Positions 1 to 9,643 of a stretch of 64,000 bases of DNA are shown one piece after another (the stretch's first letter is position 1; each line of letters opens with the position of its first letter). Position numbers and translations under genes: made by a program. The notes below the pieces were generated by a model. It was given only the letters and a program-made list of their open reading frames with translations. It was not told the DNA's origin and did no database searches. This stretch comes from an uncultured bacterium (GTDB lineage Bacteria; Omnitrophota; Omnitrophia; Omnitrophales; Aquincolibacteriaceae). Where the stretch lies: the NCBI GenBank assembly GCA_964482725.1, contig CAYZYT010000008.1, positions 3,255 to 67,254 of the forward strand, in the 5' to 3' direction.

Positions 1-1
1 G

Positions 2-3000
2 ATCTACAACGAGGCTCAATTCGATAATTCCATAAAGCCCGGTTACCAGATCATGGATGCGGTCGACAGGTTGTCCGGCGTCGGAGAGGCGACAAAAAAA
101 GAGATCTTCGCATTCTTGAAACAGTGGGGGAGATTCTCAGGGATCTATCAAGAACCCGATGCTGCAAAAGAACCGGTTCTGGAGCCCAAGACGGAGGACT
201 CCGGCGCCGCTCGCTCGGAAATTCGCAGTGCGGGCAAGGTGACAGGGATATCACGTTCGGAATTGCAAACTTCCGTGTTAGCTCAGGGGGGTCCGAAAGA
301 GACAACAACCCGCCAAGAATTGATGGCCGGAGTAATGGAATTCGCGGGGAACATGGCTGCTGACGGAATGGGACGGAGGGTGTCATTTGCGGAAAAATTT
401 CTCAGGCAAAAGGTTGAAAAAACTAAAGGCGAGAATTTTTATGTGGATGTCACCAAAATCCCGATTGATGGGACCGATACGGTGCTTTGGGTCTGTCAAC
501 CTCCCTACGGCGGAAATTTTATGCTTGTCGAATATGGAGTGCTGCAGAGGACTTACACCCTCATCGACACGGGACTCGGATCTTACTATCGGGATACGCT
601 AGGATGGCTTCGCGGCCAGGGTGTTGATCCCAGTGCGATTGAGCAAATTGTCATGTTGCATGCCCATCCGGACCATAACGGTGCTGTAGGGTACTGGCAG
701 GAGGAATTTCCGCATATACGGATCGTTGCCCATCCCCAATGGGAAAGCATTTTTGAGGCCTCGGATCCTTTGCGGGGCGAGACCTTAAGATTTCTTGCCG
801 CCCTGTCGGAAGCCAAAAAACCAAATAAAGTTTTTGCATTCGATGCCTCGGCTCTTTCTGAGACGCACATCGGATCCAAGGTTTTTAATGTTGTCGGGAG
901 GATCACCGTTGGGGCGCTTGAATTTCAGGCGATTTCGTTTCCGGCCCATACGCCGGACAGTGTTCTTTTAGTGGATTTTTCCGAGAAACTCATCATGGCG
1001 GGGGAACCCTTGGTGAGTCCAGACCTTGTCATTGATAAGGATCGATTTGAATTTATTCTGGAGACCGTTCGTCTTTATTGGGAATACGGCGTGCATTCCT
1101 TAGGTGATATGGCTTTTGCAAGGGACAATCTCCGCTTAAAACGGCAGTCGACCCATCGGACCGAAATTTATGGCCATGGAGGGCCTCAGCATCGTAACAA
1201 GAAAGGTGTTTTTGGGCTTATGCCCCAAGTACGTGTTCGGAGAGGAGAAAATTTTTTAAATGGGCGTAATCTCGGTGCTTATTTTTCGGCGGAGGATGTG
1301 GCCGTCGAAGCATTGAAAACTGAGGTTGCTTCTCGAGTGGAAACTCGCAAAGCCGTTCCCGTCCGTGCGGAAGTTCGCGAAAGTAGTGAAAAAGATTTGA
1401 AATACGCTCAGTCTTTTATGGCGGCGGAGGCCCTCGGAAAAGAGCCCTTACGGAGTTTTCCGGCTTCGTTGTCTGGGAAACTGATCCCCTTGCATGCCTG
1501 GGAAAGCGGGGGATCGTTCCGGAACTTTTCGGAAAATCCCGAGGTCCGGTACCGCGCCCATTATGCCGGATTTGAGCATTTTGTGACCCTCAGTCCCGGC
1601 GAGGCCGCTTTCCTGGTTCTTGACGATGGCGAAAAAGGAGCGATCGTTTCCCTTGGGCATCATGAATGTCTTTCCTTGTCAGTCCGTGCCAAGTCCGGTT
1701 CCCGGCACGTGGTCGGACTTTTCCATATTCGGCCGGAGCTTAATTCCGGAAAACCTCAGGACGGCCTATTGCAATTCCGCTCGGCTCTGGATTATGTGAA
1801 GCAACAGGCCGGATGGACGGAGGTTCGGATCGCGATCGCGGAAAATGACCGGTTTGAAGGGTTTCCGGCCAGCACCACGATCCTGGATCTTGAAAAGGAA
1901 GCCGTCGCCCGGGGGATCGGTGTGGAATCTTCCGAGGTTTGGGCCTACGAAAAAGATACCTGGGTTGATACGGTGGTGACCTCTGAAGAAATGGCGATTC
2001 GTTTGCGGCGCTTGTCCGATAAAGTCGAGTTCCGTTCGATCCCGTGGAGCGGACGGTCGCCCAGCGGTATTGACAGGCTTTCTCTCTTCGTGTTTGGAAA
2101 AGGAGAGAATCTTGGCGGGGAAGAGTTGAAAACCGTGATGGCCGAGGTTGGGAAGAATATTTATATTTTTAACGCCCAGGTCTCCGGAAACAATTTGAAA
2201 TTCGGGATCGGCCAGCAGATCAACCGGCAAGGCACGGAAGTGCATCACATGCAGCTTGTTCCTCAACGCGGGCCGGGGAATATCTCGGGATGGATCGGCA
2301 AGGACTCGATGATGATCTTCCAGTATGACCCGAATTTTTCAAAGAACACCGCTGCGGATCTGAACAATCTCCGGGAAGACATGGTTCGCGTGGCACGGTT
2401 CCTGATCGAACAGGGACTCTCGCCGTCGATCAAGCTCGACCCGCAATCCTCAGAGAATTTCAAGTGGTTGACGCAATGGGGCGAGCAATTTGAATATGAG
2501 CAAATAAAGCTCCGGAGCCTTGGTGACCTTGCCCGCCAGCCAATCCAACCTGCCAGGTCGACCTGGCAGGTTGGATTGGCTCAAAGTGACGCAGCCGTGC
2601 GATCTGAAGCACGTTCCTTAACCCAATCCACCTCGGCGGAGGGTGGATCGGTGCGGTATGACCGGGATTGGTTTAAGAAAACGCTGATTCTTTATGATAG
2701 CTCGAATAAGGCTCTTCGAGAGGCTTTGGATCGGATCCTCGGGGAAGGATCCCGTATTTTAACGCCGGCACAAAAAGAAATTATTTCTCAATGGGCCGTC
2801 GGAGGTCTGAGCCTTGGCGCTATTGCACGTCTCAAAGGGATCCATAAATCGGGTGTTGCCGCAAAATTCACAGATGCGCTGAAGCGTATCCACAAAACGC
2901 TTATGGAGGCCGGCCTCGTTCAATACAACATGGGTGCAGATCTTCAAATGTTTCGGCTCGGCCGGGAGGGAAAAATAGGGGGCCCGCAACTCTCGGAGAT

Positions 3001-5854
3001 ACGTCAAATTCCGTCCGGCCGGACGGAATTGCCAACGGTCCGCTCTGAGGCTTCAGGGAAAGGCATAACCGCTTTTAAGTCGTCGCTGGATGCGACGATC
3101 CGTGCGTATGTGTTGCCTTCCGAAAAGGAGGCGCTCCTTCGAGAGTTTCGCGGGCTATTGGTTGAGTGGGTCAGGAAAGCCGTGAGAGAGGCGCTCGGTG
3201 ATCGCCGCTTTAGCAATGATATTGAAGCGATCCTTCCCAAGGGATCTTCAACGCGCGAGACGATGACGGTGCAAGATGCGGACAGGATTGATTTCGATGT
3301 CTGGGCTGTTGTGAAATCCCAGGTAACGGAAAGGAGCTTGAAGGCATTACAGAATCGGTCGGGGAAAGTGATTGAGAGTGTCTATGGTGCTGTGACTGAA
3401 GATATGGAACAGCGCGGGGTTTCCTACCAGTTCCTCAAGGCGTTTTTCAGGACAACCGACGAGGCTCTGAAGCTTGTTCCGAGGGAGAACACGATCTATG
3501 TTGAAGGGGCAACCTTGAAGCCGTTCCAGTGGATTGATTTCTCTTTTGCCCGTCCCAAGCCCTTTGGGAGCAAGGCCGAATATACGCAGGCGTTCTTGCA
3601 GCAACTGGGGGAAAAGGATCCGACGCTTGATGCCCGAAAATGGTCCCGGGCCCAAATTGTTATGATGAAAGATATTACTAAGAAGCTTGGAATCTATTAC
3701 CGCGCAACAGGGGGGCTGCGGAGCGTCGGAGCTGAGCAGCTGATCCTGAGGCTGGGCGGTTTTGATGGGGCTATGGAAAAACTTTATGATCAGGGCATTT
3801 ACGATGATAAGGGATCCTCTTTTTCCATCCGGAGCCAGGACGCGGTGGCTTCGCGGTTGCTTGTTGAAAATCCCGTTTACGACAAGACTGAGCTTTTCTT
3901 CAATGTCCTGAACTTTTTTGATCGCAACAATATGGAAAGCGCTCGGACCGGCAACCAAAACTGGAAGACTTTTATGACTTTGGTCTGGCGATATCATCAG
4001 ATGAAAGAAAAGAACGAGATCTTTAACATTGAACGGCTTGTGAAAGATACCGCCGCCCATCTTAGGACTTTCCGCCGCTCCGAGGCCCGAGCGGATTACA
4101 GAGCGGTTTATGCGTCGTTCGTGGCGGCGCTTCGGGATGTGCCGTTCGAAGAAACTCCCTTGGTGAAATGGTATGGGCCGCTGGCGATCATGAAGATCAT
4201 CCGTAAGGAGGAGGTTCTCTCGCAATCTCTTCTTTCGATCGGCGTCATGAATGATAACGCGGGAGACTGGAACGAGGGACTTGGGATCGCATTCGGCGGT
4301 CGTGTCCAGTATATGATCATGCCGGACGGAAGAGCGGTGAGCTATCCTCGCAATCAGGAGGCTATGGCCGATGATACCTTTAATCTTGCGGTTGAAACGC
4401 TTAAAGCCGCTTTCCGGGACAAGGCTAAAGGCATTTCGAATCAGACGGAGATTGATTTTCTGAGCAAGAAGCAACAAGAAGGCGCTCGGGCGGCGGCAGA
4501 GGCGGAAAAAGCGCGGCTGGATAAAGAGCCCGTCCTTTCCGCGGAAACGATCGCGCGGTTAAAGTCTCTTACGGATGAAGGTCTTGTGCTCGAAGGAAAA
4601 CGGCATTTCATCGAGATCAAATCAAAGTGGGTCGCTCAATCGGACTGGGTGAGACAACTCCTCAGCCGAAAGAATGCTGTCGCTCTCTTGCGCGGCATGA
4701 CGGAAGATTCTCTGGAAGTGGCTGCGACGCGGAGCGATGTTGAGATCTATGAAGAGGGGATCAAGCTTGTCACGCGCGTCCTGGAATTTGCCGCGCCGGA
4801 ACAAAAAACGGGTCTTGAGACCTTGCTCAGGACGCATCAGTTTCGTCTGAATAAGCTGCTCGGCATACCGAACACTCCTTTCAATGCCACGGGAAAAGGG
4901 ACGGTTCTCGGAAAAGGGAGAACCGTCCCTGTCACCCGTTCCGAAACTCGCTTACAGCAGCCTTATACGGGAGTGCTCGATGCGGTGTTGAGGGATAAGC
5001 CGGCGACGGATAATGTGGTTCGCCAATTCACGGAGGAAGTGCAGACGACCGGGGTGGAGCCGGTGACCCGGGGACTTTGGACCACTTTCAATAATATCTT
5101 CCTGCCGGACGCGATGGCGGCCATGGCGACTCGCAGTGATACGAAGGTTCAAGTGGCGACTTTTGATGCTCTTGAAAAGGCTCTGAACCAGAACAAGCTG
5201 AGTCGTGAGGCTTTGGACAGGATCGCAGAACAGCTGTTCACAAAGGAACTCGGGAAGCTTGCCGAGGCGATCGAAAAACATGAGATCGGCGGTATGGCAC
5301 CGGTGGTCTTTTATTCGCCGGAGATGAAGGCCCGGCTTCTCAAATTTATCGATACGGTCCAGACGAGTTTTGGTGCGGCGGGCGATGAAACGGGCAAAGA
5401 GTACCGGATCACACTCGTTTCGGAGAATAAGGCGGAACTTCTGAAATTTAAGACGGAGCTTTCCTCGCGGGGAATGCTCCGCGGCCTTCATTTTATCGGA
5501 GATAAGCGTTCCGGAAATATTTCCGGGGAACTGGCGTCTTCCGTCCTCCGCCATCCCGTCTTTGGCGCGAAGTTCGGTGTTTTCTTTCCCGACAGTGATC
5601 TCGGGCAGAATGTTGCCTGGCAGCGCGTGGTCCGTTCCGAGATCCCTAAAGAGTATGCCATGATCCTTCTCCCTGCTTTGAGTCGGTATTTTGCCACCGT
5701 ATCAACCTCTCAAATTAACGCGACGACTCTACGGCAAGCCTTGCCTGATCTGTTCGCCTCGGCCGGTTTTCGGGTTGGGCGGGGCATTGCCATCGTCGCG
5801 GAATTCCTCGAGCACATCGCCGCTGCGGAACGGCAGCTCTCGGCTTCGGCGTAA
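2..5854 (+). CDS. Giant multidomain protein, 5'-truncated by the window; MBL-fold hydrolase, CheD-like domain, sigma70 r4 HTH, class-I nucleotidyltransferase and unknown domains separated by RSExR linkers
   Basis: The frame is open from base 2 (IYNEAQFDNSIKPGYQI-M53) to TAA at 5852-5854. Motifs: LIDTG...HAHPDH (659-676)...AHT...GHG; SLGHHECLS...GLFH; LTPAQKEII...GLSLGAIARLKGIHKSGV; KGSSTRET...DFDV plus KKLGIY...GGLRSVGAEQLI. Confidence 0.85.
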   Translation: MYNEAQFDNSIKPGYQIMDAVDRLSGVGEATKKEIFAFLKQWGRFSGIYQEPDAAKEPVLEPKTEDSGAARSEIRSAGKVTGISRSELQTSVLAQGGPKETTTRQELMAGVMEFAGNMAADGMGRRVSFAEKFLRQKVEKTKGENFYVDVTKIPIDGTDTVLWVCQPPYGGNFMLVEYGVLQRTYTLIDTGLGSYYRDTLGWLRGQGVDPSAIEQIVMLHAHPDHNGAVGYWQEEFPHIRIVAHPQWESIFEASDPLRGETLRFLAALSEAKKPNKVFAFDASALSETHIGSKVFNVVGRITVGALEFQAISFPAHTPDSVLLVDFSEKLIMAGEPLVSPDLVIDKDRFEFILETVRLYWEYGVHSLGDMAFARDNLRLKRQSTHRTEIYGHGGPQHRNKKGVFGLMPQVRVRRGENFLNGRNLGAYFSAEDVAVEALKTEVASRVETRKAVPVRAEVRESSEKDLKYAQSFMAAEALGKEPLRSFPASLSGKLIPLHAWESGGSFRNFSENPEVRYRAHYAGFEHFVTLSPGEAAFLVLDDGEKGAIVSLGHHECLSLSVRAKSGSRHVVGLFHIRPELNSGKPQDGLLQFRSALDYVKQQAGWTEVRIAIAENDRFEGFPASTTILDLEKEAVARGIGVESSEVWAYEKDTWVDTVVTSEEMAIRLRRLSDKVEFRSIPWSGRSPSGIDRLSLFVFGKGENLGGEELKTVMAEVGKNIYIFNAQVSGNNLKFGIGQQINRQGTEVHHMQLVPQRGPGNISGWIGKDSMMIFQYDPNFSKNTAADLNNLREDMVRVARFLIEQGLSPSIKLDPQSSENFKWLTQWGEQFEYEQIKLRSLGDLARQPIQPARSTWQVGLAQSDAAVRSEARSLTQSTSAEGGSVRYDRDWFKKTLILYDSSNKALREALDRILGEGSRILTPAQKEIISQWAVGGLSLGAIARLKGIHKSGVAAKFTDALKRIHKTLMEAGLVQYNMGADLQMFRLGREGKIGGPQLSEIRQIPSGRTELPTVRSEASGKGITAFKSSLDATIRAYVLPSEKEALLREFRGLLVEWVRKAVREALGDRRFSNDIEAILPKGSSTRETMTVQDADRIDFDVWAVVKSQVTERSLKALQNRSGKVIESVYGAVTEDMEQRGVSYQFLKAFFRTTDEALKLVPRENTIYVEGATLKPFQWIDFSFARPKPFGSKAEYTQAFLQQLGEKDPTLDARKWSRAQIVMMKDITKKLGIYYRATGGLRSVGAEQLILRLGGFDGAMEKLYDQGIYDDKGSSFSIRSQDAVASRLLVENPVYDKTELFFNVLNFFDRNNMESARTGNQNWKTFMTLVWRYHQMKEKNEIFNIERLVKDTAAHLRTFRRSEARADYRAVYASFVAALRDVPFEETPLVKWYGPLAIMKIIRKEEVLSQSLLSIGVMNDNAGDWNEGLGIAFGGRVQYMIMPDGRAVSYPRNQEAMADDTFNLAVETLKAAFRDKAKGISNQTEIDFLSKKQQEGARAAAEAEKARLDKEPVLSAETIARLKSLTDEGLVLEGKRHFIEIKSKWVAQSDWVRQLLSRKNAVALLRGMTEDSLEVAATRSDVEIYEEGIKLVTRVLEFAAPEQKTGLETLLRTHQFRLNKLLGIPNTPFNATGKGTVLGKGRTVPVTRSETRLQQPYTGVLDAVLRDKPATDNVVRQFTEEVQTTGVEPVTRGLWTTFNNIFLPDAMAAMATRSDTKVQVATFDALEKALNQNKLSREALDRIAEQLFTKELGKLAEAIEKHEIGGMAPVVFYSPEMKARLLKFIDTVQTSFGAAGDETGKEYRITLVSENKAELLKFKTELSSRGMLRGLHFIGDKRSGNISGELASSVLRHPVFGAKFGVFFPDSDLGQNVAWQRVVRSEIPKEYAMILLPALSRYFATVSTSQINATTLRQALPDLFASAGFRVGRGIAIVAEFLEHIAAAERQLSASA

Positions 5855-5859
5855 GTTGC

Positions 5860-5951
5860 CGGGAACGGTGAGCGGGTAACGCTTTGTTCTGCGCTTCCCG
5901 AGATTTCCTGCAAGATTTTTTTGTTCTCCGTTTCCCGTTCCCCGTTTCCCG
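5860..5951. repeat. Inverted heptamer microsatellite hairpin (CGGGAAA-like / TTTCCCG-like arms)
   Basis: Left arm cgggaa-cggtgag-cgggtaa-cg; right arm tttcccg-ttccccg-tttcccg; begins just after the giant ORF stop. Confidence 0.6.
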
Positions 5952-5969
5952 TGTTAATATATCCGCTCT

Positions 5970-8900
5970 ATGACTCATCCACTCCTTAAAAAACTTAATG
6001 AGAAGGTCCTTGTGTTCGACGGGGCGCTGGGGACGAATCTCCAGACGCTCAATCTCACGAGCCAGGACTTCGGCGGCAAAGACGGCTGCAATGAATATCT
6101 GGTGATCACCAAGCCCGACGCCATCCGGAGCGTCCACGAAAGTTTCCTCAAGGCCGGCTGTGACGTGATCGAGACCGATACGTTCGGCTCCAATCGCATT
6201 GTCCTTTCCGAATACGGTCTCCAGGACCGCGTTGTGGAACTGAATGAAAAGGCCGCGCGCCTTGCCAAAGAACTCGCCCAGAAATATTCCACGCCCGATC
6301 ATCCTCGGTTTGTCATGGGCTCGGTCGGCCCCGGGACGAAGCTTCCGTCGCTCGGGCATATCGGTTTCGAAGAACTCAAGGAATCCTACAAAGAACAATA
6401 CAAGGGGCTCATGGCCGGCGGGGTGGACGGCCTTCTGATCGAGACCTGCCAGGACCTGCTTCAGACCAAGATCGCCATCATTGCCGCAGTGGAATACTTC
6501 AAGGAGGTCGGCCGTCGGCTGCCGCTCATGGCGCAGGTGACTTTGGAACCGACCGGAACGATGCTCCTTGGTACCGATATTCAGGCCGTGATCGCGACAC
6601 TTGAGATGTTCCCGGTGGATGTGATCGGGATGAATTGCGCGACCGGGCCTGCCGAAATGGCCGAGCATGTTCGAACGCTTTGTGAGAGTTCCATCAAGCA
6701 TATCTCCGTGCTGCCGAATGCCGGGCTTCCGGAGAATGTCGGCGGCGTGGCCCATTATCACCTGACGCCCAAGGAGCTCGCGGATTACCACGAGCGCTTT
6801 GTCAAAGAATTCGGAGTCTCGATCGTGGGCGGCTGCTGTGGCACGACGCCCGAGCATTTGAAAGCGGTTGTGGAGCGCGTCGGAAAATGTGTTCCCAAAA
6901 AGCGGACGCCCAAGCATGAACCGGCCTGCGCAAGTCTCTACGGTATCTCGACCTACGCCCAGAAGCCCGCGCCGCTTCTCGTGGGCGAACAGACCAACGC
7001 GAACGGCAGCAAGAAATTCAAGCAGCTCCTGGAACGTGAAGATTATGATGCGATCGTGGGCGTGGCGCGCGAAGCCGTGAAAGAGGGCGCGCATCTTGTA
7101 GATCTTTGTGTGGCCTATGTCGGGAGAGATGAGAAAAGGGATATGATCGAATCCATCAGCCGCTTCAACCAGCAGGTGACGGTGCCGGTGATGATCGATT
7201 CGACGGAGTACGCCGTGATCGAAGAGGCGCTGAAGCATATCGCGGGAAAGCCCATCATCAACTCGATTAATCTCGAGGACGGAGGCGAACGGCTGCGCAA
7301 GATCTGCCCCATGGCGAAAAAATACGGGGCAGCGCTCGTGGCCCTTACGATTGATGAAAAGGGGATGGCGAAGACGCGCGAAGAAAAGCTCCGCGTCGCC
7401 AAGCGCATCTATCAGATCGTCACCCAGCAATACGGCATCCGGCCGGAAGATATTTTCTTTGATCTGCTGACCTTTACGCTCGGGAGCGGCGCCGAAGAGT
7501 TCCGCAATGCTGCGCCCGAGACGATCGGGGCCATTCGGCGGCTCAAGAAAGATCTGCCCGGCGTTCAAACCATTCTCGGAGTCAGCAATATCTCGTTTGG
7601 CCTTGCGCCGCATGCCCGGCAGGTTTTGAACAGTGTTTTTCTTCATGAATGTCTGGAGGCGGGACTCGATGCCGCGATCGTGCATGCCAAGAAGATCGTG
7701 CCGCTTTTCAAGATCGCGGCCGATGATCTGGAGGCGGCGAAGAGACTTTTGCATAACAAATGGATCGACGGGAAAGATCCTCTTCAGGAATATATTGCGC
7801 ATTTTTCGAAGAAACAGGGAACGGTCGAGGGACCCCGCGAGCGGGCGGGAACGGTCGAGGACCGGGTGAAGAACCATATTCTTGACGGGAATTCGGACGG
7901 CCTTGTCGAGGATCTGGAGGAGGCTCTTAAAAAATACAAGCCGCTTGAGATCATCAATGAATTCCTCCTGGGCGGCATGAAAGTGGTCGGGGAGCTTTTC
8001 GGTGCGGGGAAGATGCAGCTTCCGTTCGTGCTTCAGTCGGCGGAGGTCATGAAAAAGGCCGTCGCGCATCTTGAAAAATTCATGGAGAAAAAAGACGGCC
8101 AGGATCGAGGCCGGATCGTGCTGGCGACCGTCAAAGGCGACGTCCATGACATCGGGAAAAATTTAGTCGACATCATTCTGACCAACAACGGTTACAAGGT
8201 TTTCAATATCGGGATCAAGCAGCCGGTCGAGGCGATCATCAAAGCGGCGATCGAGAACAAAGCGGACGCGATAGGGCTTTCCGGATTGCTCGTGAAGTCG
8301 ACCCTGATCATGAAAGAAGATCTTGAGGAGATGCACCGGCGCGGGATCAAGATCCCGGTGATCTGCGGGGGTGCCGCGCTTACGGAACGCTTCGTGGAGC
8401 GTGATCTCACGCAGGCCTATCAGGGCCCGGTTCATTACGGGCGCGATGCCTTTTCAGGTCTCAAGATCATGGAAAGTCTTAAAAGTCCTGTTGTGGTATC
8501 TTCCAAAGAATTGCCGAAAGTCGTTGAGAAGATCGTCCCCGTGCCTTCGGTTGCGGCAAAACCTGCCCCGGTCGCTCCTCCAGTTCAGCCCGCTCCGCCT
8601 GTCTCCACACCGCGGCGAGTGGACGGAGTTCCGCATAGTGAGCCGAGGCCGCGAGGCCCTTCATTCCATGTCCACCGGGATAATCCGATCCCTCAGCCGC
8701 CGTTCTTTGGCTACCGGATCCTCAAGAGTCTCCGGATGCTGGATATTTTCCCATGGACCAACAAGATCGCACTTTACCGGGCGCAGTGGCAGTTCAAGCA
8801 GGGGGACAGGACGCCGAGGGAATTTGAACTTTATCTTCAGGAGAATGTCGAACCCATTTTTGAGCGGTTCAAGGCCCAGACGATCCGTGAAAAGATCCTG

Positions 8901-9476
8901 GAGCCGAAGATCATCTATGGCTATTACAAATGCTATTCCGATAAGAATGATCTTGTTGTGCTCGATGCCTCCGGCCAAAATGAGCTCAGCCGCTTTACGT
9001 TTCCCCGGCAATCACGCGAGCCTTTCCAATGCATCGCAGACTTTTTCAGGCCGAAGGGCGGCGAGTTGGATGTCGTGGCGCTTCATGCCGTGACTCTGGG
9101 CAAGAGGGCCAGCGAAGTTGAGCAGAAGCTTTTCAAGACGAATAAATACACGGAATATCTTTATCTGCACGGTCTTTCCGTGGAGGCCACCGAGGCTCTT
9201 GCCGAGTACGCGCATCTTTTGATCCGCCGGGATCTGGGGATCGACAAGCAGGATAAGCGTTCAAGAGAGGAGATCTTCCGGCAGGGGTATCAGGGTTCGC
9301 GTTACAGCTTCGGGTATCCGGCCTGCCCGGATCTTGAGGAACAGAAAAAACTTTTCTATCTTCTTCCGGCGGAGAAGATCGGGATCACTCTAAGCGAAAC
9401 CTTCCAGATGCATCCCGAGCAATCCACGTCCGCCATCATCGTCCATCACCCTCAGGCGAAGTACTTTTCCGTTTAA
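5970..9476 (+). CDS. metH: Cobalamin-dependent methionine synthase
   Basis: VFDGALGT, GMNCATG, GGCCGTTPEH (Hcy domain); GEQTNANGSKKF (pterin domain); VKGDVHDIGKNLV (B12 binding); RYSFGYPACPDL (activation domain). Confidence 0.97.
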   Translation: MTHPLLKKLNEKVLVFDGALGTNLQTLNLTSQDFGGKDGCNEYLVITKPDAIRSVHESFLKAGCDVIETDTFGSNRIVLSEYGLQDRVVELNEKAARLAKELAQKYSTPDHPRFVMGSVGPGTKLPSLGHIGFEELKESYKEQYKGLMAGGVDGLLIETCQDLLQTKIAIIAAVEYFKEVGRRLPLMAQVTLEPTGTMLLGTDIQAVIATLEMFPVDVIGMNCATGPAEMAEHVRTLCESSIKHISVLPNAGLPENVGGVAHYHLTPKELADYHERFVKEFGVSIVGGCCGTTPEHLKAVVERVGKCVPKKRTPKHEPACASLYGISTYAQKPAPLLVGEQTNANGSKKFKQLLEREDYDAIVGVAREAVKEGAHLVDLCVAYVGRDEKRDMIESISRFNQQVTVPVMIDSTEYAVIEEALKHIAGKPIINSINLEDGGERLRKICPMAKKYGAALVALTIDEKGMAKTREEKLRVAKRIYQIVTQQYGIRPEDIFFDLLTFTLGSGAEEFRNAAPETIGAIRRLKKDLPGVQTILGVSNISFGLAPHARQVLNSVFLHECLEAGLDAAIVHAKKIVPLFKIAADDLEAAKRLLHNKWIDGKDPLQEYIAHFSKKQGTVEGPRERAGTVEDRVKNHILDGNSDGLVEDLEEALKKYKPLEIINEFLLGGMKVVGELFGAGKMQLPFVLQSAEVMKKAVAHLEKFMEKKDGQDRGRIVLATVKGDVHDIGKNLVDIILTNNGYKVFNIGIKQPVEAIIKAAIENKADAIGLSGLLVKSTLIMKEDLEEMHRRGIKIPVICGGAALTERFVERDLTQAYQGPVHYGRDAFSGLKIMESLKSPVVVSSKELPKVVEKIVPVPSVAAKPAPVAPPVQPAPPVSTPRRVDGVPHSEPRPRGPSFHVHRDNPIPQPPFFGYRILKSLRMLDIFPWTNKIALYRAQWQFKQGDRTPREFELYLQENVEPIFERFKAQTIREKILEPKIIYGYYKCYSDKNDLVVLDASGQNELSRFTFPRQSREPFQCIADFFRPKGGELDVVALHAVTLGKRASEVEQKLFKTNKYTEYLYLHGLSVEATEALAEYAHLLIRRDLGIDKQDKRSREEIFRQGYQGSRYSFGYPACPDLEEQKKLFYLLPAEKIGITLSETFQMHPEQSTSAIIVHHPQAKYFSV

Positions 9477-9580
9477 GAAATCTACGCTTTTTAAAACGGA
9501 GCTCATAGCCTCTCGCCCCTAGCTTAAAATTCAAAAAAGAAATTTGTCTTTACGCCAAGGGAGCCGGCATTTCTTCGCAG

Positions 9581-9620
9581 AAAAAAAAGGACGGTTCTCT
9601 TTTGGAGAACCGTCCCTTTT
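9581..9620 (-). terminator. Intrinsic terminator between convergent metH and pckG, probably bidirectional
   Basis: Stem GGACGGTTCTC/GAGAACCGTCC flanked by A8 on the left and T4 on the right. Confidence 0.75.
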
Positions 9621-9643
9621 GACTACGAGTTATCGGCTCGGGG

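Noticed and set aside
5855-5969. Cobalamin or SAM riboswitch upstream of metH
   Set aside because: The gap is only ~115 bp, is filled by a heptamer hairpin, and shows no B12-box or S-box consensus.
5715-8147. 810-aa minus-strand ORF, and similar long antisense ORFs over the giant gene, secA, SpoIIE, ilvE and clpC
   Set aside because: These are shadow frames opposite well-supported genes, typical of GC-rich codon bias, with no recognisable motifs.
8480-8690. Pro-rich stretch in MetH as an intein or inserted element
   Set aside because: No intein termini or DNA palindrome; it lies at the normal linker between the B12 and activation domains.
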